From Bryobacterales bacterium (GTDB lineage: Bacteria; Acidobacteriota; Terriglobia; Bryobacterales; Bryobacteraceae), in contig OY970385.1 of NCBI GenBank assembly GCA_963719445.1, forward strand, positions 5,249,760-5,313,759: a DNA stretch of 64,000 bases, given 5' to 3'. Under the pieces are notes generated by a model. The model saw only the letters and a list, made by a program, of their open reading frames with translations, had not been told where the DNA came from and ran no database searches. Position numbers and translations under genes: made by a program. Shown here one piece after another: positions 17,413-29,312 of the stretch (position 1 is the first letter of the stretch; each line of letters opens with the position of its first letter).

Positions 17413-18828
17413 TACGCCGGCAGCCTGCTCTCCCCCATCAGATACCGGTCGATCCCGTGCGCCGCATTCCGGCCTTCGCGGATCGCCCAGACCACCAGCG
17501 ACTGTCCGCGCCGCATGTCGCCCGCCGAGAAGACGCCGGGGACCGAGCTCATGTAGTTCTCGTCGGCCGCCACATTGCCGCGCGCGTCGAGCGACACGCC
17601 GAGCTGCTCGATCATGCCGTTGCGCACCGGGCCGGTGAAGCCCATGGCCAGCAGTACCAGATCGGCGTCGATGGTGAACTCGCCCCCTTCGATCGGCTCG
17701 AACTTCGGCGGCGGACCCACGCGGATGGCGTGCAGCTTCTCGACGTTATCCTGTTCGTCGCCGGTAAAGCAGGTGGTGGCGACGGACCACTCGCGCTGGC
17801 CGCCTTCCTCGTGCGCCGCCTCGATGCGAAGCTGAAGCGGCCACAGAGGCCAGGGGGTCTCGGGAGCGCGCTCGTTCGGCGGCAGCGGCATGATCTCGAA
17901 TTGAGTCACCGAAGCGGCCTTCTGCCGGTGGCAGGTGCCCAGGCAGTCGGCGCCCGTATCTCCGCCGCCGATAATGACCACGCGCTTGCCCCGCGCCAGG
18001 TTCGACGCCTTGCCGTTGATGCGATCGCCCGCGCAGATGCGGTTCTGGAGCGGCAGGAAATCCATCGCGAACTCGATGCCCTTCAGCTCGCGGCCCGGCA
18101 CTTGCAGGTCGCGCGGCTGCTCGGCGCCCCCGGCCAGCAGGATTGCGTCGAACTCCTTGCTCAGGTCCTCTACTGGAACGTTCTTGCCGACGTGGGCGTT
18201 GGCTTGAAACACGATCCCTTCGGCCACAAGCTGCTCGATGCGCCGGTCCAGAATGCGCTTTTCGAGCTTGAAATCGGGGATGCCGTAACGCAGCAGGCCG
18301 CCGATCCGGTCCGCTTTCTCGAACACCGTGACGGAATGTCCGGCGCGATTGAGCTGCTGCGCCGCGGCCAGGCCCGCCGGCCCGGAGCCGACCACCGCCA
18401 CGCGCTTGCCAGTCCGCACGGCCGGAGGCTCGGGACGAATCCAGCCCTCCTTGAACGCGTGCTCGATGACCGCCTTCTCAATCTGCTTAATGGTGACCGG
18501 CGGCTCGTTGATCCCGAGCACGCAGGCCGCCTCGCAGGGCGCCGGACAGATGCGGCCGGTGAGCTCTGGAAAACTGTTGGTCGAATGCAGCACGCGAATC
18601 GCCTGCTGCCAGCGGTCGCGGTAGACCAGGTCGTTCCAGTCCGGAATGACGTTGTTCAGAGGACAGCCGTTGTGGCAGAACGGCACGCCGCAATCCATGC
18701 AGCGGGCGCCCTGCGTCTTGAGCTTCTCCTCGGGAAAGTCCTCGTAGACTTCAAAGAAGTCGTTGACCCGCTCGGCAACGGGACGCCGGCTGGGAACTTC
18801 GCGTTTGTATTCCAGGAAACCCGTCGGC

Positions 18829-18836
<8 letters not shown>
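17412..18836 (-). CDS. gltD: Glutamate synthase (NADPH) small subunit
   Basis: [13 protein letters not shown]...[27 protein letters not shown]...[22 protein letters not shown]...[14 protein letters not shown]. Textbook GltD motifs. Confidence 0.95.
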
Positions 18837-23403
<4,567 letters not shown>

Positions 23404-23661
23404 CGCTGCCTTCCGTAACCGTGGAATATGCGCCGGATTCGCCGGGCATTCGAACTGCCTATGCCAGCCGGGCTCGCCATGGAGTCCGTGGTATTCTGCC
23501 GGGCAATCCCGCGCCGGGTAAGGCCGGGCTGCCGGTTCGCCGCCTCGGCCGGAACGCGAACGGAAACCGGCCGATTCACTCGGCTTTCGTGAGCCTGTTA
23601 TGCTACTCCCCACTCCCTGCAAGAGTGGTGTTTCGTCCAGCATAGCTCAGCTTCATAATAT

Positions 23662-23690
23662 TAGTCAATCGAAAATTTAGGCCTTGACTA
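23662..23690. promoter_or_regulatory. Candidate divergent promoter/operator: TAGTCAA-N15-TTGACTA palindrome between gltB and the LysR gene
   Basis: Both arms read TTGACT in their own direction of transcription (-35-like). TATGCT lies 18 nt downstream on the gltB side (23639-23644 on the plus strand as AGCATA) and 19 nt downstream on the LysR side (23709-23714). This is the only AT-rich stretch in the 360-bp intergenic region. Confidence 0.35.
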
Positions 23691-23724
23691 TATAACGCCG
23701 TCTTATGTTATGCTGGCCTCAGTA

Positions 23725-23744
23725 GGACAGGCCTCCGGCCTGTC
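23725..23744. repeat. REP-like hairpin copy in the LysR 5' region
   Basis: GGACAGGCCTCCGGCCTGTC, the same unit as at 17342. Confidence 0.5.
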
Positions 23745-23767
23745 ACGGCAGGCGTGGAGTCAAAGTC

Positions 23768-24673
23768 TTGACCGTTGAGCATTTGCTCCTTTTTCGCGAC
23801 ATCGTGCAGAAGCGAAGCGTCAGCCGCGGCGCAGCTCTGAACGGCGTCAGCCAGCCCGCCGCGAGCCAGCACCTGCGGGAACTCGAAGAGCGGATGGGCG
23901 TGACGCTGCTCGACCGCTCGAGCCGGCCCTTCATCCTCACGCCCGCCGGCAAGCTCTATTTCCAGTTGTGCCGCGATGTTCTTCAGCGGCACGAGGAGTT
24001 TCAACTGGCCCTGGAGGGCCTCAAAGCCGAAGTGGAAGGAACGGTTCGGATCGCCTCCATCTATTCAGTGGGGCTTTCCGAGATGTCTCGCCTCAAGGAC
24101 GAGTTCTCCCGCCGGTTCCCGCAGGCCAGCCTCGAAGTCGAATACCTGCGGCCAGACCGGGTCTATGACGCGGTCCTGGCGGATCGGGCGGACCTCGGCT
24201 TCGTCAGCTACCCGCAGGCCAGCCGGCAACTCGCCGTCATCCCATTCCGCGCGGAGGAGATGGCTGTGGCGGCCGCGCCGTCGCACCCGCTGGCCAAGGG
24301 GGTGGTGGTCAAGCTGGCCGATCTGGACGGCTGCGACTTCATCGCGTTTGACGAGGACCTGCCGATCCGCCAGGGTATCGACCGCCTTCTGCGGGAGCAC
24401 GGCGTCTCCGTCAACCTGGCCATGCACTTCGACAACATCCAAATGATCATGGAGGCCGTGGCGCTCGGATCGGGAATCAGCATCCTGCCGGTGCGCCCCC
24501 TACGCGCCGAGATCGCACGTGGCCGCCTGGCGGCGATCCCCATTGACGCCGAATTGCTCCGCCCCATCGGTATTATCCACCGCCGCCGTAAGAAGCTCCA
24601 CCGTGCGGCCCAATGCTTCCTCGAGCTGCTGGATCTACAACCCGAATCCGCCGAGCCGGTTACCGCTAAGTGA
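23768..24673 (+). CDS. LysR-family transcriptional regulator, divergent from gltB (GltC-like arrangement)
   Basis: TTG start. HTH LLLFRDIVQKRSVSRGAALNGVSQPAASQHLRELEERMGVTLLDRSSRP plus a LysR substrate-binding domain. Confidence 0.9.
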   Translation: MTVEHLLLFRDIVQKRSVSRGAALNGVSQPAASQHLRELEERMGVTLLDRSSRPFILTPAGKLYFQLCRDVLQRHEEFQLALEGLKAEVEGTVRIASIYSVGLSEMSRLKDEFSRRFPQASLEVEYLRPDRVYDAVLADRADLGFVSYPQASRQLAVIPFRAEEMAVAAAPSHPLAKGVVVKLADLDGCDFIAFDEDLPIRQGIDRLLREHGVSVNLAMHFDNIQMIMEAVALGSGISILPVRPLRAEIARGRLAAIPIDAELLRPIGIIHRRRKKLHRAAQCFLELLDLQPESAEPVTAK

Positions 24674-24689
24674 ATCCGCGTGCCACCAC

Positions 24690-25760
24690 TTGCGCAGGAC
24701 CCCAAAAAGAGCGAACCTTAAGCACTTGGCCGAGCGCAAAGAGAAAGAGCTTCGGGCGGACTCTGGTGAAGACGCGGCCCGCCTCGCAGCCGCCGCGTCC
24801 GGCCCCACGGGTGCGCTGGCCGGCACACCGTGTCCGGCCTGCTCGAGCCTGGACCTCCGTATCCTCTTCGAAGCGCGGGACCGGCTCTACCGGGCTACTC
24901 GGGACAAGTACCGTATCGTCGAGTGCGCCAAGTGCCGGCTGATCCGCCTGGACCCTTACCCGTCGGCGCCACCGACGCTCGAGCATCCCACCCGTTGGCC
25001 CACCGGAGACTGCGCCGCCGACCGCTTCGAACGCGCTTACCGCCGCTTCGTGCTCAGCGACCACGTGGGCTTCATCCTGCGCGCGATCGAGGAGGCGGGC
25101 GACGGCGGTCTCGTGCTGGACCTCAGCCCCGAAGGCGGATTGCTCCGCAGCATCCTGGCGGAGCGCGGCTTGCCCGTGATCGGCCTGGACCACTCGCCCG
25201 AAGCGGCCGCCGCCAGTTGGAAGCTGCACGGCGCGCGGTCGGTGTGCGCCAGCATGGTCGCCGCGCCTCTGGCACCCGCCAGTTGCCGGGCCATCGTCAT
25301 GCTCCAGCTGCTCGAGCACCTGGACAACCCCTTCGCGCGGATCGAGGCCGCGCACGCGCTGTTGCGCCCGGGAGGCCGGCTGATCCTCCAGGCGCCCAAC
25401 GCGGGTTGCTGGCAGTTTTTGCTCCTCGGGGAGAACTGGAGCGGCCTGGACGTGCCCCGGCATCGCATCGACTTCCGCGCCTCCGATCTCGAAGCGCTGC
25501 TTCAGGCGGCCGGCTTTGAGGTGTTGCGCAGGAAGCACTTCTCGCTGCGCGACAACCCGGGCGGGCTGGCCATGAGCCTGGCCCCGGGCCTGGCGCCGAT
25601 GGTGCGAAGGGCGCGGGGCATGGTGGAAGAGCCCGCAATGAGACTGGCGAAGCACTTGCTCTGGTGCGGGCTGGCGGTGGCCGCCGTGCCGTTCACCGTG
25701 CTCGAGGCCGCCTGCCGCGCTGGTTCGACCGTCATGTTTGAGGCACGCAAGAAGGTATGA
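24690..25760 (+). CDS. Class I SAM-dependent methyltransferase with N-terminal zinc ribbon
   Basis: CPACSS...CAKC zinc-ribbon pair. Methyltransferase fold VLDLSPEGG...GLD...IVMLQLLEHLDNPFARIEAAHALLRPGGRLILQAPN. No ATG is available after the LysR stop, so the start is a TTG at 24690 or 24726 (uncertain). Confidence 0.7.
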   Translation: MRRTPKRANLKHLAERKEKELRADSGEDAARLAAAASGPTGALAGTPCPACSSLDLRILFEARDRLYRATRDKYRIVECAKCRLIRLDPYPSAPPTLEHPTRWPTGDCAADRFERAYRRFVLSDHVGFILRAIEEAGDGGLVLDLSPEGGLLRSILAERGLPVIGLDHSPEAAAASWKLHGARSVCASMVAAPLAPASCRAIVMLQLLEHLDNPFARIEAAHALLRPGGRLILQAPNAGCWQFLLLGENWSGLDVPRHRIDFRASDLEALLQAAGFEVLRRKHFSLRDNPGGLAMSLAPGLAPMVRRARGMVEEPAMRLAKHLLWCGLAVAAVPFTVLEAACRAGSTVMFEARKKV

Positions 25761-26689
25761 AGAAGGGGTTAGGAACAGCGATTCTGGCCGCGGTGGTCCT
25801 TTGGGCAGTGGGACAGGCCTCCGGCCTGTCGTCCAGCCAGTCGCGCGCAAGCGGAGCCGCCCGCCCCACGGCTCCGGCCTTCAGCGGCGCTGCCGCCCTG
25901 GATCTCACGCGCAAAACCGTGTCCTTCGGACCGCGCCCGGCGGGCTCGGAGGCCATTCACAAGCTGCAGGCGTTTATCCGCACGGAACTGAAGCCCCTGG
26001 GCTGCGAGGTGACTGAAGACTCTTTCCGCGCGTCCACGCCCCTCGGTCCCATCGCGATGAAGAACATCATCGCCCGTTTCCGCGGCACGTCCGGGCGGAT
26101 CGTCGCCATTACCGGCCACTACGATACCAAGTCGATTCCCGGAACCTACTTCGTCGGGGCCAACGACGGCGGCTCCTCCACCGGGTTCCTGCTTGAGACG
26201 GCGCGCGTTGTGAGCCGCCTGCCCCACAAGAACGACATCTACCTGGTGTGGTTCGATGGCGAAGAGGCGATCGCCCAGTGGTCGGATACGGATGGAACTT
26301 ATGGCAGCCGTCACCTGGCTTCCAGGTGGGGCGCCGACGGGACGCTCTCGAGGCTAAAAGCCCTGATTAACGTGGATATGATTGGCGACCGGGACCTCAG
26401 CCTCGTAAATGACGAGAATTCCACCGAGTGGCTGCGGCGCCTGGTCTGGGAGACTGCGGGCCGGCTCGGCTTGGGCAAGTACTTTTCCACCGATCCCAAC
26501 GGCCTTCTCGACGACCACATCCCCTTCACCCAGGCGGGCGCCAGCGCCCTGGACCTGATCGACTTCGACTACGGCCCGCACAACTCCTGGTGGCACAACG
26601 ACCGGGACACGCTGGACAAGCTCAGCGCGTCGAGCTTCCAAGTGGTCGGGAACGTAGTGCTTGAGACCATCCGCCGCCTCGAACCCTGA
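25757..26689 (+). CDS. M28-family peptidase / glutaminyl-cyclase-like protein, secreted
   Basis: Signal peptide MKKGLGTAILAAVVLWAV. NIIARFRG...ITGHYDTK...GANDGGSSTGFLLE...VWFDGEE...INVDMIG...DDHIPF is the M28 metal-ligand pattern. The ATG overlaps the upstream stop (ATGA). Confidence 0.8.
   Translation: MKKGLGTAILAAVVLWAVGQASGLSSSQSRASGAARPTAPAFSGAAALDLTRKTVSFGPRPAGSEAIHKLQAFIRTELKPLGCEVTEDSFRASTPLGPIAMKNIIARFRGTSGRIVAITGHYDTKSIPGTYFVGANDGGSSTGFLLETARVVSRLPHKNDIYLVWFDGEEAIAQWSDTDGTYGSRHLASRWGADGTLSRLKALINVDMIGDRDLSLVNDENSTEWLRRLVWETAGRLGLGKYFSTDPNGLLDDHIPFTQAGASALDLIDFDYGPHNSWWHNDRDTLDKLSASSFQVVGNVVLETIRRLEP
25811..25830. repeat. REP-like hairpin copy embedded in the M28 peptidase coding region
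   Basis: GGACAGGCCTCCGGCCTGTC is translated as GQASGLS, just after the signal-peptide hydrophobic core. Confidence 0.5.
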
Positions 26690-26787
26690 GGATCTGTCAA
26701 AAATTCGGGAACGCTCCGGGCTGCAACCCCGAATGTTCGGCCTGCGAACAAGCGCAGGCGTGTCCCCGGATCCTTTGACAGTTCCTC
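26688..26787. repeat. Structured intergenic repeat, copy 2
   Basis: Outer arms GAGGATCTGTCAAA (26688-26701) / TTTGACAGTTCCTC (26774-26787). Core AATTCGGGAACGCTCCGGGCTGCAACCCCGAATGTTCGGCCTGCGAACAAGCGCAGGCGTGTCCCCGGATCC is homologous to 7704-7775. It starts on the stop codon of the peptidase gene. Confidence 0.6.
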
Positions 26788-26860
26788 ACGGTCGTGGCCC
26801 GGGCCCAAACTGGCTGCAACCTTTGCCGCCCCCTTTCATCTACTTAGAGGAGCGTTAACG

Positions 26861-27475
26861 ATGCCACATAAAATCGAAGCGAAGAAATTCGACAATATCA
26901 TGAGGGATCTGGACGGCCTCTCCGCCCGGACCATGACGGAGCACTACAAGCTCTATCAAGGCTACGTCAACAAGTACAACGAGGTCATGGGCAAGATCGC
27001 AGCGGCGGACCGCGCCACTGCCAATCAGACCTTCAGCGATCTCCGCTCGCTCAAGGTTGACCTCACCTTCGCCATTGGCGGCGTGAAGAACCACGAACTC
27101 TACTTCGGTCACCTTGGCGGCAAGGGCGGCGAGCCCCCCGCGGAGATCAAGCGCGCGATCGAGAAGCACTTCGGCTCGGTCGAGCAGTGGATGGCCGATC
27201 TGAAGGCCACGGGCATGGCGTCCCGCGGCTGGGCCTGGCTCGCCTGGGACCACGACTGGAACTACCTGTTCAACTACGCCGGCGACGCGCAGAACTCATT
27301 CCCGGTTTGGAACGCGACCCCCATCGTCGCCCTCGACGTATACGAGCACGCGTACTACCTCGACTACGGCACAGCCCGCGCGGCCTACATCGACACGTTC
27401 TTCAAGAACATCGAGTGGAGCGCCGTAGGCGAGAACCTCGAGCGAGCCCTCGGCCGCCGCGCCTCACACGCCTAG
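26861..27475 (+). CDS. Fe/Mn-family superoxide dismutase
   Basis: HYKLYQGYV...GGVKNHELYF...GWAWL...LDVYEHAYYLDY matches the Fe/Mn SOD metal-ligand and C-terminal signature. Metal specificity cannot be decided by eye. Confidence 0.9.
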   Translation: MPHKIEAKKFDNIMRDLDGLSARTMTEHYKLYQGYVNKYNEVMGKIAAADRATANQTFSDLRSLKVDLTFAIGGVKNHELYFGHLGGKGGEPPAEIKRAIEKHFGSVEQWMADLKATGMASRGWAWLAWDHDWNYLFNYAGDAQNSFPVWNATPIVALDVYEHAYYLDYGTARAAYIDTFFKNIEWSAVGENLERALGRRASHA

Positions 27476-27556
27476 GCCTAGAATGTCTGCCCCGGCCGCC
27501 GGCGCGGGTCGCTCTCCTGCTCAGCGGCCGGTCCTTCCCGTTGTGTCTGCGACCGA
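27419..27556 (+). repeat. Direct repeat DR1: last 19 codons of sod plus about 80 bp of its 3' flank
   Basis: Aligns by eye at about 88% identity with 28286-28425 (DR2). Confidence 0.7.
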
Positions 27557-27624
27557 AACCCCCAATGTCGTGCACCCACTGGCGTAACCGTTGACCATGC
27601 GTACCACAAATGGTACAGTAGACT

Positions 27625-27974
27625 TTGACTCCGGGTCTCAAGCGCCTGCCGGCCTACTTCTACCGCTCAGATAACGGCCGCGAGCCAGTCCGCGAGTGGC
27701 TGAAGGGCCTCGAGATGGAAGACCGAAAGGCAATCGGCGAGGATATCAAGGACGTCGAGTTCTCATGGCCAATTGGGCTGCCGTTGGTTCGGTCACTGGG
27801 CTCGGATTGTGGGAAGTCCGCAGCAGTCTGCCGCGCGGCCGGGCCGCGCGGGTCATTTTCTGCGTCGAACAGGAGCGCATGGTGCTGCTCCACGGCTTCA
27901 TGAAGAAGACCCAGAAGACGCCGCCGCACGACATCGAGCTGGCGCTCAAACGGAAGAGAGGGGAAAGCGCATGA
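27625..27974 (+). pseudogene. Gp49/HigB-like (RelE/ParE superfamily) toxin gene disrupted by a 1-nt frameshift
   Basis: The N-terminal half is in frame 1 (KRLPAYFYRSDNGREPVREWLKGLEMEDRKAIGEDIKDVEFSWPIGLPLVRSLGS). The C-terminal half is in another frame (GLWEVRSSLPRGRAARVIFCVEQERMVLLHGFMKKTQKTPPHDIELALKRKRGE). The two halves join into a canonical Gp49-family toxin if one G is restored near 27801-27807. Confidence 0.7.
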
Positions 27975-28252
27975 AGAACAAGAACATTGGATCATCCTTC
28001 GATAGCTGGCTCCGCGAGGAGGGCACACACGAGGAAGTCACCGCGACCGCGATTAAGCGTGTGCTCGCCCGACAGGTTGAAGCCGCCATGAAGGAGAAAC
28101 GATTCTCCAAGGCCGAGATGGCGCGCAGGATGCACACCAGCCGCGCCGCGCTCGACCGCTTGCTCGATCCAGAGTACGACGCTGTGACGCTGAACACGCT
28201 GCGCAAGGCAGCCGCGGTTGTGGGCCGCGAACTTCGGCTGGAACTTGTGTAG
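27971..28252 (+). CDS. XRE-type HTH antitoxin partnered with the Gp49/HigB-like toxin
   Basis: MKNKNIGSSFDSWLREEGTHEEVTATAIKRVLARQVEAAMKEKRFSKAEMARRMHTSRAALDRLLDPEYDAVTLNTLRKAAAVVGRELRLELV. The ATG overlaps the toxin stop (ATGA). Confidence 0.8.
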   Translation: MKNKNIGSSFDSWLREEGTHEEVTATAIKRVLARQVEAAMKEKRFSKAEMARRMHTSRAALDRLLDPEYDAVTLNTLRKAAAVVGRELRLELV

Positions 28253-28285
28253 AGCCTGATGAAGCGACAGGATCACACCGAGCGA

Positions 28286-28425
28286 AGCGCCGTAGGCGAG
28301 AACCTCGAACGAGCCCTCGACCGCCGCGCGTCGCATGCGTAGGCCTCGAATTCTGCCCCGGCCGCCGGCGCGGGCCCGCGCTCTCCCGCCTGGCGGCCGG
28401 TCCTTCCTGTCGTGTCTGCGACCGA
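28286..28425 (+). repeat. Direct repeat DR2: orphan copy of the sod 3' end and flank
   Basis: Encodes SAVGENLERALDRRASHA-stop, against SAVGENLERALGRRASHA-stop in the real gene. Five of the six nucleotide differences in these 19 codons are synonymous third-position changes. Confidence 0.7.
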
Positions 28426-28825
28426 GATGCCGGGCAACCTCCAGGATGAGCGCCGTAATCTGAACGCGCGCCCGGTCGTCTTCCGGCAACCCGACTCTTC
28501 GGACGAGGCGTGGGGCGAAGGCGATGCTCTCTCGATCAACGGGATTCCAACGGTCAGGTTCAAGAACGACGGCACCCCCCCTGCGGTGAAATTTCGGTAT
28601 CGGATCGGAGATCAGCCTGCAAGCCACCCCGAGGGCACGCCCGAAATGCTGACAATTGCGCCGGGAGGGATCTTGGACTCTCATCATCCGCGCAATGCCC
28701 TGACTGACCATTCTGAGATCGCTTTAGAATACGAAAGCCTCAGCGGCGCCAAGTACAGGAGCAAGTGTGTGATTGAGGGTCGAAGGTGGGTGAAGGACTT
28801 CACGGTTGAGCATCCACCGAAGTAG
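28412..28825 (+). CDS. Hypothetical protein (137 aa, no recognisable domain)
   Basis: Open frame only. It begins inside DR2, has GC content lower than its surroundings, and shows no motif I recognise. It may not be a real gene. Confidence 0.35.
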   Translation: MSATEMPGNLQDERRNLNARPVVFRQPDSSDEAWGEGDALSINGIPTVRFKNDGTPPAVKFRYRIGDQPASHPEGTPEMLTIAPGGILDSHHPRNALTDHSEIALEYESLSGAKYRSKCVIEGRRWVKDFTVEHPPK

Positions 28826-29312
28826 CGCGAGCCGACTTCTTGGTCGCGTCAACTCGGGGCTTGCCACTTCGTGCCCGGCGCTTGTCGAGCGGGCCGATTC
28901 GACCTGTAAGCCTCCCCCTCCATGATCTTGCGCTCCATAAGTAGGGGGGCCTTCGGTGGTGTGTTGCGCCATCTTGCCAACGGGGGAAGGGAAAATGATG
29001 AGCGCGTCGCAGATCGCCCGTGACGAGCTAAACCCCTCCAAGGTCGCGGCCTGGGACCGAACGCATCGGTAGGATCGGGCCACCGGAACGGCGCATGTCC
29101 CGCCTCCCTTCCCTGTGATCCCCCGCCCGCCTGCGATAGAATCATAAAGACGGGCCCAAGAAGCTCAAGTGTCGCGCCCGGACGCCGAGACAGAACGCAA
29201 AACGAAGCCAATTCGCGATTGCTCCAGGGGGCCGCTCGGCAGCGCAGATTGCCCGTCGCACCCGTAGTTGCGGTTCAGCCACTGAAATGCTATTAGTCAT
29301 GAGACTTCGAAG

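Noticed and set aside
23404-23643. N-terminal extensions proposed by the ORF track for gltB (80 aa), the TPR gene (8948-9130), pit (41007-41183), the M20 peptidase (56922-57170) and VWA B2 (14310-14417)
   Set aside because: The extensions are Arg/Gly/Ser-rich and overlap neighbouring genes or promoters. The internal starts give canonical N-termini (catalytic Cys region, signal peptides, Tat motif, PiT signature), several with good Shine-Dalgarno sequences.
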